DNA of 64,000 nucleotides, from positions 45,363,847-45,427,846 of the forward strand of contig CP154954.1 in the NCBI GenBank assembly GCA_039621445.1. Direction: 5' to 3'. The notes beneath the pieces are model-generated. The model was not told the origin of the DNA, made no database searches, and saw nothing but the letters and a program-made list of their open reading frames with translations. Positions 47,042 through 59,200 of this stretch are shown here, one piece after another. How positions within the stretch are numbered: the first letter of the stretch is position 1; every line of letters begins with the position of its first letter. The DNA comes from Euglena gracilis (taxonomy: Eukaryota). The translations under genes and the position numbers were made by a program.

Positions 47042-49837
47042 TTATGTAAGTGTCGATACTGGACATCGAAACTTCCTGGGATTGTAATATTTGCCTGACA
47101 CAATCAAGCAGGCCAAATTCCACCTTGGGGGGGGCATCTCCTCCCCCAGCAGTTGGTGAACAGACCCCACTGGGGGGGTACTAGCAAAACCTTGCTGCCT
47201 GGCTGCCTGATTGACATTAATTGGCACTACTATGATGTTGAAGCTCAGTGGTATACAATCAACAGACAAATTAGGTCTGGGTTTAACATTAATCTCTGAA
47301 CCCATTGGGGAATGATGCTCCAGGGAGGGTTGGCATAAACTGGGGGGAGACCCCTTAAATCTGCCTTCAGAGCATCCACCAACAAAGCCCCTTGGTGGGG
47401 GTATCGACAAATGAACTTGGGGAATTTTTTGTTGCTGGGTGTGCAAAACATGTCCACCTCTGGGGTGATGTGGTTTTTGAAAAACTTCAGAATCTGGTGA
47501 AAAATGGTCAGGTTCAGGGTATAATCCCCTGGATCTTTTTGCTCCCTGGTCAGGGAGTCTGCCAATTGTTCTTTTGTGGGAACCCAAACCACCTGCAAGT
47601 TGATTTGCCTTTCTTGGCAATGGTACAGAAGGGGTTTTAGGATGGAATTTAAATATGGCTTTTTGCCTCCCCATTTTGTCAAATAACTGACTGCCACCTG
47701 GCTGTCCACATGAAGAACAATGGTTTGTTTTGGTTTTGCCAAAGCCTTTACAGTTTCCACTGCAGACATCAATTCTTTTTGATTGATGTGAAGGACATGC
47801 AGGTCCCTCCAGAAATCCTGGACCTTTTGACCAGACTTTTGTCCAGCCCCCCCCCCCCCATTGCCAGGTGCTGCTGTCTGAGAACAGTTCCTGAGAGGCC
47901 TGGGATTGAAAGGCTCTGCCCACACCTGGCTGCAAAAACGTTTTTAACTCCACAATTTGATCTTTGACCCCCTGGGGAATGGTCAGGGTGTGGTCCCAAC
48001 CCCACTTTGTGTGCAAATCCACCATTTTGCAAAGTTGATCTGTCAGAATTCTGAGAAAAGGCATTGAAACTAAATAGCTTCTGACTTGCCATACAATAGA
48101 GCTGAGTTTTCTGCAGCTCATCTTTTGTGCTGTCAGCACCTTTCCTAATTCCTTTCTTAGGGATTTTAATTTTTCCTGTGGAATTTCCAGCTGGCCTTTT
48201 TTCAAATTGATCCATGGGCCCAAATGCTTTATTTCTTGTGTTGGTTCCAGACATGATTTGGGGAGGTTTATTCTGAAACCTGCCAGTAAAAGATCTTTTT
48301 TCATTTCTGCCAAATGCTGGGCTGCTGTCTTTTTGCTGGGGGCTAACAGCAAAATGTCGTCTAGGTAGATGAAAACTACCTTTCCTTCCTTCCTCCATTT
48401 CCTTTCCCAGACTCTCATGAGAGTCATAAACTTTTGTGGCAGGCTGCTTAACCCAAAGCATGCAGCTTGAAACTGCCAGGTTTCTCCCCCCACTTGCATG
48501 CAGACATGCTTTTCCAGACTGCTGTGCAGCTTTAAATGGAAATAAGCATCTTTCAGATCTATTTTTCCACAGAACCAACCCTTTCTGAGATATGGGAAAA
48601 TGTTTCCCATGTGTTCCAGTCTGAACTTCTGGGGGGTGAAATGTTGATTTAACTGTCGACAATCTGAAATTAATCTTTCCTTTGTCTTTCCCCCTTCCTG
48701 TTTGGAAATGATAAAATAGGGGACAAAATGTTTTGCTCCCTCTGGGGTGATTTGCCTGGTTGCCCCTGCACATTCGTATTCCCTCAGGATTTTTTGGGCA
48801 GTCATTATTTCTTGGGGAGTTTTGAAGGGAATTTTTAAGGACATCTGAGGGGGGAGGGGAAGATCTGCCCTGACCCCTTCCCTTATCAGGTTTAATACCT
48901 CTGTGCTGGCCCCTGCCTTGACCCAATGGGGAATGCTGGCCTGCAGGGCCATGAATGGGGGCACCCCTGGGTGTAATGTGTCTGGGGAGTCCACAGGCCC
49001 CATCACTGGGGTCCCTTCCCCTGGCTGCCCCATCACTGGGGTCCTGCCTGGCTGCCCCATCACTGGGGTCCTGCCTGGCTGCCCCATCACTGGGGTCACC
49101 TCTGGCCCTGCCATAGGGCTGCCCAAAGACGGGCTTTCCCCCTGATTTTGAAAGATTGGGGAAAGTCTGTGTCTGCAATGGGGAGGAACATATATAGCTG
49201 GGGGGTTTGGCTTGATTACCTTCTGGGGGGGCCCTTGTGTAGCCAATCTTGGGCCTCCCCCCCCAAGGGCTGGTGTGATCTTGAATGCATTGGCCTCCAA
49301 TGGCCACTTGATTTTGATTGAAATGGCCTCCATTGGCCTTGAAATCTTGATGCTTCTCCTGGCCTCCATTGGCCTTTTGCATATAATGGCCTCCATTGGC
49401 CTTGATATTTCGATGCTTCCCCTGGCCCCCATTGGCCTCTTGCACATAATGGCCTCCATTGGCCTTCCCCTGAAGGGGGGGTTGCTTGCCTGGATGTGCA
49501 GCTCCTGAGGGGTTTGTGTTTGAGGGAGCTGTGGGGTAAGTTGGACATACCTTTCCCCCATGGGAGCTTCCCAGGTTTGGACACAGGCTGCCATAGCCTT
49601 GCTCCTGGGCCCACTGCCCTCTTGGATGATGGCTTCCATAGCCATGATTCTGGGCCCCAGGCCCTGTCCAATGATGGCTGCCATAGCCTTGACTTTGATT
49701 TGAATCCTTTGGATTGAGGCTGCCATAGCCTTTGCTTTTTCCCCTGAAAGGGGAGGAACTGAGAAAAAGGGGTGGAGTCTGTTGGACCTGTGATGGTGGT
49801 CCCCCTCTGTCGTCTCTTCCTGACCACAGTTGTCCAT
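47042..49837 (-). CDS. DIRS reverse transcriptase / RNase H start
   Basis: KERLISDCRQLN, KIDLKDAYFH, IYLDDILL, LFSDSS. The sensible frame shifts at the G-run near 47850. Confidence 0.9.
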   Translation of the reverse strand: MDNCGQEETTEGDHHHRSNRLHPFFSVPPLSGEKAKAMAASIQRIQIKVKAMAAIIGQGLGPRIMAMEAIIQEGSGPRSKAMAACVQTWEAPMGERYVQLTPQLPQTQTPQELHIQASNPPFRGRPMEAIMCKRPMGARGSIEISRPMEAIICKRPMEARRSIKISRPMEAISIKIKWPLEANAFKITPALGGGGPRLATQGPPQKVIKPNPPAIYVPPHCRHRLSPIFQNQGESPSLGSPMAGPEVTPVMGQPGRTPVMGQPGRTPVMGQPGEGTPVMGPVDSPDTLHPGVPPFMALQASIPHWVKAGASTEVLNLIREGVRADLPLPPQMSLKIPFKTPQEIMTAQKILREYECAGATRQITPEGAKHFVPYFIISKQEGGKTKERLISDCRQLNQHFTPQKFRLEHMGNIFPYLRKGWFCGKIDLKDAYFHLKLHSSLEKHVCMQVGGETWQFQAACFGLSSLPQKFMTLMRVWERKWRKEGKVVFIYLDDILLLAPSKKTAAQHLAEMKKDLLLAGFRINLPKSCLEPTQEIKHLGPWINLKKGQLEIPQEKLKSLRKELGKVLTAQKMSCRKLSSIVWQVRSYLVSMPFLRILTDQLCKMVDLHTKWGWDHTLTIPQGVKDQIVELKTFLQPGVGRAFQSQASQELFSDSSTWQWGGGGWTKVWSKGPGFLEGPACPSHQSKRIDVCSGNCKGFGKTKTNHCSSCGQPGGSQLFDKMGRQKAIFKFHPKTPSVPLPRKANQLAGGLGSHKRTIGRLPDQGAKRSRGLYPEPDHFSPDSEVFQKPHHPRGGHVLHTQQQKIPQVHLSIPPPRGFVGGCSEGRFKGSPPSLCQPSLEHHSPMGSEINVKPRPNLSVDCIPLSFNIIVVPINVNQAARQQGFASTPPVGSVHQLLGEEMPPPRWNLACLIVSGKYYNPRKFRCPVSTLT
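47245..47850 (-). CDS. DIRS RNase H C-part + N6-adenine methyltransferase domain (frameshifted continuation)
   Basis: HINQKEL, VDSQVAV, LADSLTR, then VDMFCT...YANPPW. Confidence 0.85.
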   Translation of the reverse strand, partial: GAGQKSGQKVQDFWRDLHVLHINQKELMSAVETVKALAKPKQTIVLHVDSQVAVSYLTKWGGKKPYLNSILKPLLYHCQERQINLQVVWVPTKEQLADSLTREQKDPGDYTLNLTIFHQILKFFKNHITPEVDMFCTPSNKKFPKFICRYPHQGALLVDALKADLRGLPPVYANPPWSIIPQWVQRLMLNPDLICLLIVYH

Positions 49838-50316
49838 GGTCCATGGCCATCATTGTTAGTGGGGGAGTCTGAAACCTTGAGTTTTGAAATCTCTGAAGCG
49901 TTGGGGGGTGGGGGGGTTGCGATGGCCACGGACTGACGAGCTGTTGCCGCCCCTCCAGCTGCTGCAGCTGCTGCTGTGTCTCCACCTTCCCCATCTTCAG
50001 TTGACTTCTTGGAAGTCCGTTGAAGTTCTTCTTGAAATTCAAAGGTTCTTTGAAATTCATTCTTCATGGAAGTCTCGTTGTTGATCTTCGAAAAGTTGAA
50101 TTCTTCCGTCAGGTAGTTGAAGTTCCGAAAATTTTCGTCCACTTGAGTCGTAGAAGTAAAATTCTTTCTCCTTGAGGTCGAAGGGCAGAAATAGGAATCA
50201 GCCAACTCCGGCAACAAAAAGCAGTAAGAAGCACCCCCCGCGCACGCACAAACACACCAGAACAGAACAGCCGGCAAGGAAAGCAAGACCTCACCATCTC
50301 GCAGTGCGGAGCCCAA
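47769..50316 (-). CDS. Gag-like low-complexity ORF(s) overlapping pol (47769-50060, 49216-50316)
   Basis: Position at the element's 5' end; GYGS/KANGGH repeats; no recognisable domain. Confidence 0.5.
48996..49100 (-). repeat. 27-bp tandem repeat inside the DIRS ORFs
   Basis: GGCTGCCCCATCACTGGGGTCCTGCCT-like unit about 4 times (TPVMGQPGR). Confidence 0.85.
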
Positions 50317-50329
50317 ATGGTCTCCCGAA

Positions 50330-50910
50330 AATTCTTCGACGTTCTTCTTGGCAGCTTGACATATTTGAACTGCATTTCTCGTGGGAGACCCGTGAAATTC
50401 GTCTTAGCAGTTCAAATACGCTGCGCAATTTTTTTTCGGTGAGCTCGCTGAGTTGAAAGTCTTTTGTCTTTAAATTTACGGGCAGAAATTAGAGTCAGTC
50501 GCCTCCGGCAAAAAAGGACAGTAAGAGGCACCCCCGCACGCACACAACACGCAGCAAAAAAGGAGCCCGCAAAGAAAGCAGCCGTCTCGATTTTCGGCGC
50601 CGCACTGGTTGCTGCGCTCCTCTCTGCTTGGCGTCGAAGGGCAAGTTCGGCGTCGGCCAGCCCCGGCGAGGCGGCACTGAGCGGGGCTTCCAAACCTATG
50701 GCACCAAGATCGCAGTCCCTCGAGGCAAACCAACAAGGGAGGCCGGGACACCGAAGCGCAAACAAGGCATGGTCTCGCAAGGGAAAAGTGCGGAGCCCGA
50801 GCGTCGGAATTCAAACAGAGCCGCCGGCGAGCAAGGCATAGCCTAGCAGGGGGAAGTGCGGAGCCCCGGGGTTCATCCAGAAAACACCGCAGAGGCAAAG
50901 CGTGGAGCCC
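50330..50910 (-). mobile_element. Stack of DIRS left-end remnants
   Basis: ITR-like sequence 50493-50590; AAGGCAT...GTGCGGAGCCC modules at ~50764-50800 and ~50833-50866. Confidence 0.7.
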
Positions 50911-51701
50911 GACAGGGCATTTGCGGAGACCTTTTTTAAATGCTGTTGTGCTTCCAATTGGTGGAGTCCACCCTTCCTCTTGAATTTCTTTTTTTTGAAT
51001 ACACCCCCGAAACGGTGACCAAGTACGGGGTGGTCCAGCTCTTTGGGTTTTTTTGTAAAGCTGATTGTTGTATCGGGTTTCCGATCCCTTCCCAAAGAAA
51101 ACTTCCGAATTGGCCAACTTTTCCGACAGAAAGCCTCAATCCATCATACTAAATAAACACCGCCGCTGGTGAAGCAGCATCTTCACAAGTCAAATTGTGG
51201 AGCCCAAGGTGTCTTTCTGCCCCAAAAATGCACCCGAGATACCGTTTCACTGGGCCAATTTTTTTTGGCTCAAAGCAGGTTGGAAAGAAATTGACCTTTT
51301 TGGGGCGCACGCACCTTCCCTTGTTGTTCCACCAAAGCGGCATCATCTTCTCGCTGTCTTCCCCTAGTTGTGGGCAGCACGGTGCCTGCCACGAGTGTGT
51401 CTGTGTTCGTCCCCTTCAGGGGGCGCACGGCCAGGAGAGTCCCAAGTCTTCTCCTCCCATCCTTGGGAACGGCGCCCACTGGCGCTCCGCCTTGCAGAGG
51501 TCCAATCTGGATCCCAGCAATGCCAATGCAAATGGACAAAACCCCCCAACAAACGCCAGGGGGGGGTGGACAATGGCAGGGGACAATGGGGGGACAACGG
51601 CGGGGGGGGGGGGGGACAATGTGGACCCTCAAGAAATGCAATGCAAAAAAAAACCCCAACAGAAGCACAAAAAATGCAATCTGCATGCAAATTCCTTCAG
51701 G

Positions 51702-52270
51702 AGCTCCTCCGGATGTACACTTTTCTGAGAAAGAGGACTGAGAAAAGTTTTAAAGGAATGTTTTTCATCCGGCAACAAGATTTGGGCGAAAAACCTTCGT
51801 ATCAGGGGAAAATCAGGCCAAAATGTGGAATTTTCCCCAAGGGATAAAAATATCTCAGCAAAAATCGCCAGCAAAAAATCAGAAAATCGCTGGGGAAAAA
51901 ACCACAAAAAAAAATAAATTTTGCAAAAATCGAAAACACAAAAAAACACGTTTGTGTTCCCCCTTGCAAGGTATCAAAAGAGGGGGGAGGCTCCTCCGGA
52001 TGTACACTTTTCTGACAAAGAGGATTGAGAAAAGGTTTAAAGGAATGTTTTTCATCCGGCAACAAGATTTGGGCGAAAAACCTTCGTATCAGGGGAAAAT
52101 CAGGCCAAAATGTGGAATTTTCCCCAAGGGATAAAAATTTCTCAGCAAAAATCGCCAGCAAAAAATCAGAAAATCGCTGGGGAAAAAACCACAAAAAAAT
52201 AAATTTTGCAAAAATCGAAAACACAAAAAAACACGTTTGTGTTCCCCCTTGCAAGGTATCAAAAGAGGGA
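51702..52270 (+). repeat. Tandem duplication, ~288-bp unit x2
   Basis: GCTCCTCCGGATGTACACTTTTCTG at ~51702 and 51990 with matching downstream sequence. Confidence 0.85.
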
Positions 52271-52352
52271 GGGTGGGGCAGTGTTCTTTTCAAGGAAGTG
52301 CGCACCCCCCCCTGGGGGCGCTTGGCCCCTTTTTGTCTGTGGAGGTGACTTA

Positions 52353-53782
52353 CAGGCATTATTATTTTTTAAGGCGCCTTAAAAAACCTTAAAAAACCTT
52401 AAAAAACCTTAAAATTTTTTTTGCCAAAATGCCTTAAAAAACCTTAAAAAACCTTAAAAAACCTTAAAAAAATCACCCCGGGGAAGTTTTTCTTCCCCGT
52501 GATGACCTTAAAAAACCTTAAAAATTTTCCCTGGGAATTTTTTTTCTTGCACCAAACAAATAATGGCATGTCTGAAACCCCGCATAAAGCCAGTCAATGC
52601 AGAAGCGATTGTGAACAAACAATATGAAAACCGGATTGTTTGCCAAGGTTTCTGGCATAGTTCGGTTGGCCTCGGTTCACCAATTGCTGTGACACACGGC
52701 AGAATAAGCAAAACTTGCAACCACATCTTTCTTGAGTTGAATTACTTGAGACATTCTTAGAGGAGTCAACCCAAATTGCTCAAAAGTGCAATTGCAGCAA
52801 AAGTTGCATGAACAACAAAAAAATCCCGTTTTGGGACAATTTACTACGCTGGAGCAGTTTCCCACACTTGCCACAGCATTTCAAGCAGCGAAACAGTGCG
52901 TTCTCCAATTGAGCGGTGATTCCGCGAATTTTCCCACAAAAAATGCAGGTCAAAAAAATGGGACCAAATTTTGGAACAGTCAAATTTTACTGACATTTTT
53001 TCCCTTGGAAATTTTTTGGATTTTCAGTGGCATTTTTTTGCTTCCAAAATCTCTCAAAATTAAAATTTTGAGAAATGTTGACTTTGACAAAAAAAAAACT
53101 CAAAGATTTCAGGGTTAAATTTGGTAGTTTTAGGAGGGGGGTGGAAAATAACGAAGGTCAAAAAAGGTGGACCAAATTTTGGCACAGTCAAATTTTACTG
53201 AAACTTTTCCTCTGTCAAATTTGTTGGATTTTCAATGGCATTTTTCTTGCTTCAAAAACCTCTCAAATTCAAAATTTTGAGAAAATGTTGATTTTTTTTG
53301 GAAGATGTGAAAAATGAGGGTTTGAGGGAGTTTAATGGCCATTTTTTGAGGAAAAAGTTCTAAAATAATTTTTTGTCATCAAAAAGTGACGTTTTTAGGT
53401 TTTTCCAGACTTTTTTGTTGTTGCGTTTTTTTAAAAAAACACATATTTTTAAAAAATTTGTTTTCTTTTTAAAAAATATATTTATAAAAAACTTGTTTTT
53501 TTAAAAAAGTTTTTTTTTATATAAAAAACATGCTTTTTAAAAAAAACATTTTTTGTTTCAAAAAAAAGCAGTCAACCTTGGCAAGCACCTATGGTCAAGC
53601 CCCAAAATTCGGGGTCCATCGGGCCATCTTCGGGGTCTGAGATTTTACCTGAGGAAAAAAATGCCTTAAAAAACCTTAAAATCTTTTAAAATTCCTCAAA
53701 AAACCTTAAAAAACCTTAAAAAACCTTAAAAAACGCCTTAAAAATTTTTGAGAAATCTCGCCTTAAAAAAAAATAATGCCTG
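52353..53782. mobile_element. Non-autonomous hAT-type element
   Basis: TIR CAGGCATTATT / AATAATGCCTG, perfect 8-bp TSD GTGACTTA, subterminal CCTTAAAAAA arrays at both ends. Confidence 0.88.
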
Positions 53783-56265
53783 GTGACTTACCTTGGGTTC
53801 AAGCTGGGCACTTTCGACCCCCCCGGGGGGGAGGGCAGGGTTTTGGGGTGGAGTGCAATAAACACCCCCAGCGCTGAAGGTGCCAGGGGCACAAAAATGG
53901 CTATTTTCAAGGGAGTTTTGCCTGGTCCCGGGGGGGGGGGGTGCACCACCAGCAAACACCACACAGCAAATTGGGCCAGCGAATTTAACACCGGCCATAA
54001 ACAGTCAAGAAACCTTAGTGCAAGTAGGGGGGGTGCCACCTGCGGGCAGGCACCCCATTGTACAAGGCACCCTCCCCGGGTTGATAAAGTTTGGCCAAAA
54101 AAAAAAAAACTCTCGGCACCTGAGCACTGGCATAATCCTGGCCATTGTCTGCAGATTCATCAACTTCAGGCACCACAAACATCCTCTTTTAAACAGAAGA
54201 ACACAAAAACAGGAGAGGATTCTTTTTTTGCGCTCTCTTTCACACTTGCATTTGGATGTCATGCTCAAGAAAGGGACGGATGTGACAAAATGCCCCTTGA
54301 TTTGTGGGGATCAGAGGGGGCGGTACACCCACCCACCCACCCATCTGCACGCTGAGGAACCTGGACAAAAGACCAAAATTTCCTTGGGCACTTGACAAAA
54401 CTGCCTGAAGCGGAGTTGTGGTAAATTATCTGGTAGGGCAAATCCCCTCAAAATGGCAGGTGGGTCCACGCATTCTGAGAGTTGGCTTGCTGGCTGGTCG
54501 AAATGCCAATTCCTGTGTCCATTTTGACACGAAAAACACAAACAGCTGTAAACTGAAACCGTCTTCAACACCTTGTGGGAGCATTTTTTCTTGTTTTAAA
54601 AAAGAAAACAGTGACAAACAAGCAAAATGGGCTGGAAAAAGGCAAACACCTCAGCGGCTGGGTCAATTCAATGTTGAAAAAAACAACCAAACCTTGGGTT
54701 TGTCAAAAAAACCAAACCTCCCAAAAACCCCTTTCCCTTCATTGCCCAACCCAATGAATTTTTTTGCTGTTTTTGATTTTTTTAAAATTCTTTTTTGAAA
54801 AAACAAAATTTGCATTTTTTTGGTTTTTTAAAAAAGATCCTGGAACCTCAACCCTCCTCATGGGTCAAACAAGCTCTTTTATTGGGCGCCTTGTGGCATG
54901 GGGTCGCATGCCCACAGCACTGCAGCTTGGGGGAGGGGCTGGGCTCGGCAGGGTGCAAAATACACACAAGGGCACTAAAACTGCACCCCAAAAAATGCAA
55001 GTGCAAAAAAAACCTGCACAAAACACCAACAAAAAAACACATGCAATCAAAATTACTTCAGAATTAACAAAATGCTGCCAAAAAGATTCTCACTTCCAGA
55101 ATAAACTGCAAAAACTGCAAAAGATGCGCAAAATTTGTCATGTGCAGTTTTTTCTCAGAGAAATACTGAAAAGAAGCATTCAAAAAAAATACTAATAATG
55201 AATAAAATCTCAATAAAAGCAATACTGCAAGAAATGCAACACACAAAAACTGCAAAAACTTCCCCCCTTGCGGCTCGGGGTGGGTGATGCAGCAAATCTT
55301 CCTCTTGAACCTCGGGCCCTGGTGCCAAACTCCCCCATCCCCCTCCCGTCGGTCAACCGCACAGGGGGGGGATGCGGGCCTCCCTGAGTGGGTGGATGCT
55401 AAGGCAACTTGGGGTCGGACCTTGGGGGGGGGGGTGCTACATTCCCCCCCTTTACGGGGAAAGTGCGGTTGACAGAGGGGGGGGGTGATGGACACGCCGT
55501 GTCATGTGCCCTGTAAACCCCCAAATATAAAGCCCCCCCAAATATGAACGAATATGAAGCCCCCCAGGCTGTTTGGTTTTGCTGCCCAAATATTAAGCCC
55601 CCCCATGTGGAACCAGACGACGGTGCCATGCAGGAAAAACAGAAAAAAATTGGGCGGATACAAAACTTTTTCTCCAGAAATCCTCCATTTTGGATAATAA
55701 TTGCACATAGGATAGCACAGTAATAGCACATAGGAAAATAAGCGGTGCGCAACAAAAATTTGCATAAAAATTGGTATTTGGCCACATTTGAAGGTCGCCA
55801 AAAGTCATAAAAGCCACCTAAAAAATTTGATTCCCCCCATCCAAAAAAGCCCTCCCAAATATAAAGCCCCCCCTGAGGGTCTTGAACTCCCGTCCAAATA
55901 TAAAGCCGACTTTATATTTGGGGGGTTTACCATAAAGAAGATGGCATTTTGGGTACAAGAAAAAAAATTGACACGGGGGGGGGGGGGCGGTGTCATGGAC
56001 CAGCCATGTCAAGGAACAGGGGGGGACGTACATTACAGTTCCCAGCGTGCATTATTTCTTTGCTTGAATTTTCAGGCACTTGAAAATCACAGCACACTTA
56101 TTTATGAAAAAAATTGTTGTGCCAATAAATCCAATAAAACTGCCAACCAGAAAAATGAAATAAGCCGTTGGTGGTCCAAGACTGTAATGGACCTTTGCAT
56201 GACAGGGACTCCCAACGCCGAGACCAAGAATTCACACGTCGGAGCTCAGGAGTTGCTGCCTGGGC

Positions 56266-59200
56266 ATAGGGCCGGCCATTCCATGGCTCCGGACCCCATC
56301 GCCAGTCGGGCTGCCGGCCCCGGCCGTCCCGCTGCTCCCCCCGGCCCTCCTCCCTCCGCTGCTCCCAGTACTGCTCACTGTCCAGGTCGCGGCGCTCCCG
56401 CCGCCGTTCCCGCTCCGGCCGCCGGTAGTCGTCGTACTCGTCCGGCGGCGGGGGCGGGGCATAGGCCCGTTTCGGTGGGGGAGTGGGGCTCCGGCGGCTG
56501 ACGTGTGGAGGACTATGCTCTCCTGAGAGGGGAACCCCAGCGTCTGTCATGGACAGAAAATACACCATAAAGACGCGGGCTTCTTTCTTGCGGTTCGAGG
56601 CACTTCAACATTCTCACAAATTCTTTTTGATCTTTGGTCCTGGATTGGGAGCTGGATAAAAAAGGACTTGCTGGGGTGGGTGTGCAAAGCTTCTCACACA
56701 GCACTGGCAGCAACCCCTCTGGTCTGGCACCCTTTTTGCCTTCCATTTTCCATTATTTTGCTACCGCAAAGCAAAGTGACACTACAATGTGGTTCAAGAG
56801 AATTCATAGCAGGAGGGCTTTTCCATGATTTATATTTGGATCCGCTGGACACCAATACAAACTGGGGCTCCACTTTGTATTTTTCCACTTTTTCCACTTT
56901 TTTACTTTTCCACTTTTCCACTTTTTCCATTTTCCACATTTCCACTTTTTATTTTGAACTGTGTTCTTGACATGGCGACACACCTCCCAAACTCCGGCCA
57001 TGGCGCTCTCGTTGTGGTTGCGGCAACTGTCTCTCATACTCCCTGTGCAGATAAATAATCCACTGGGTAAGACGTCAATCTCTCTGCGGATGCATCAGCC
57101 ACCCTCTCCTTCCGTTGGGGGAACTGGGTCACGGAATTTTTAAGGTCCACCGAGAAGAGGAAAAGAGGGGGAAACGGTCAATGTGACCAAAAAAAATCCA
57201 ACACAGCTGGATTTGTGTTCTTTTGCTGGCTTTTGGGTTCCAGCCAGGTCCAGCCCGGCAGCCGGCAGGCTCACTCAAAGAAAGGGGGGGTCCAGCTAGC
57301 CCCTTTTCCCGGCCGGCCAGCCAGACCCCTGGGCTGTGGCAGGCTGCCCCAACTTAATTTTCACTCGACTGGGCCCGCTCCACCCCTCGTGGGGGGGGGG
57401 GGGCGGACCCCTGCCCCAGATAACCAAACTTTTAAAAAATCTCTGATACGGGTTTTTAATTTCATGGGAGGGGCGACCCTTAAAAGATAGGGTCATGTCA
57501 TTTCCTGCATTTTTGTCCCGCCAATCTCATTCATTTTTTTGGGAGCACATAAGAATCCACTTTCTTTGAAAAGGCTAATCATCCTTTTTTCAACAGCAGA
57601 GAGAAAAAAATGTGATTTCAGTGCTGTTGACACTTATCACCTTTTTTCTGCAAAAAAAAATGCTGGAAATTGCATTTATCTCATTCCAACAGTTTTCTTT
57701 TGTTTTCTGGCTCTTCATAACCCCCCACAGTCAAAAAAAAAACAACTCTACGCTCTGTGCGAAGTCAAGGTACGTGAAAGCCCAGATGGCAACCTGTACA
57801 CCCAGCACCCTGTCCTGGGGGTTTTCAAATATTTCAAGAACAAACCGAAAAAAGCTTTGACCCAAAATTGTTCCCAAAAACCCGAGCCCCCCCTGGTCCT
57901 CAAGCCTCTGGGGGCTTCCTTCCTGGCGACTGGTCACTATTTCCTAGTGGGCACCCCCAGGAGTTCCTGGGACCCAGACCCCCCCCCCCCCCCCCCCCCC
58001 CCCGGAACCAAAAAATTCCATATCTTCCCCCCCAGTTTTTCACATATTTTGGCCGATTTTTTTTAAAAAAGCCCGAAAATGCAACGGCCAAAATTTTTCC
58101 GGCGCTTTGATCCACTCCCTGGGTTGGGGGGGGGGTTGGGGGGCATGCCTTACAGCCTGGTGGGTGGGTGGGTGTGTGGGTGGGTGAATGGCTCGACCCC
58201 GGGCCAGGCACCGGCGCATCAGGCTTTTTTTTTTTAAGTCAGAAGACCCCTGGGGGGGGGGGTCCAGGGACCTCCCCCCCAGGGAGGAAGTCCCAGGCGG
58301 AGGCCCAGGTAGGGTTTCAGTGCGAAGCCCCGAAAATTTTTTGGGGATGCCCTCAGTCCCTGTCCTGCCAGGGGGTCCAGGGGGTCCTGCGCCAGGCTGG
58401 GTGGGTGGGGGGGACACCCGGGGGGGGGGGGGGGGTAAAAAAGAAGCCTGCAGCCGGTGTGTCTTCACCAATGGCTTTTTGTCAGGCTGTCCACAAGAGG
58501 GGGCATAATGGAAACAGAACAAACGTAAGTTGCATGGAAAATCCTTCAGAGAAAAGATTGGACCGAAATATGCAATCTTTCCAAATCAAAAAAAATTCCC
58601 AGGAAAAATTAGGAAATCGGTGGGGGGAAGCGAAAAATCGCAACCCCCCCACATTTTGCCAAAATCGAAAAAGGCAAACAGAAATACACAAAAATATACA
58701 TTTGCCCCTCCCAGTAGAATGAGCATGCACAGCACGCCTCATGTATGGGTCCTGGGTTGAGGTTCTGCGGGCAGGCTGGTGGGGAGGCGACCAGGAGTAG
58801 GGGTCGGGCGCAGGGCTGCATGAGAAAGCCTGTTTGAGGGGGGGCGACCCCTACCTACCCCCCCCCACTCACCAAAACCCATGAGGTTTCTGGGGTTCTC
58901 ATTCAGCCCTGGTCATGCGCCATCCCGGCATCCCGCCGCGACGACGGAGGGGGGGCGGGGGGCGGCCCGGTGGGCCTCCGCAGGGGGGAGAGGGGGCCCC
59001 GACGCGGGGGGGAGGGGTCTGGGTAGCGGTCGTACTGGCCCCCGGTGGTGGGGACGGGGTATGCCTCTCCAGCAGGCTTTGCTTGACCCCCCCTTGGGGG
59101 GACACCCATCCACCACTTGGGGTGGCGTGCCTCACACGGTGGGCGCTTTGGACCCCCCCCCCCGGCCTGCCAGGGCCACCGGCGGCCGCCCGAAAACAAA

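Larger units (their letters stand above)
45702..50324 (-). mobile_element. Near-intact DIRS1-like tyrosine-recombinase retrotransposon
   Basis: ITRs 45761-45858 / 50197-50300; ICR 46075-46177 complementary to the right end (45702-45768) and left end (50288-50324); gag-like, RT/RH/MT and recombinase ORFs; no TSD seen. Confidence 0.93.

Noticed and set aside
48996-49470. Repeat-spacer pattern resembling CRISPR
   Set aside because: In-frame coding repeats inside the DIRS ORFs.
52376-52530. CRISPR-like or telomere-like CCTTAAAAAA repeats
   Set aside because: No unique spacers or cas genes; they are subterminal repeats of the hAT element.
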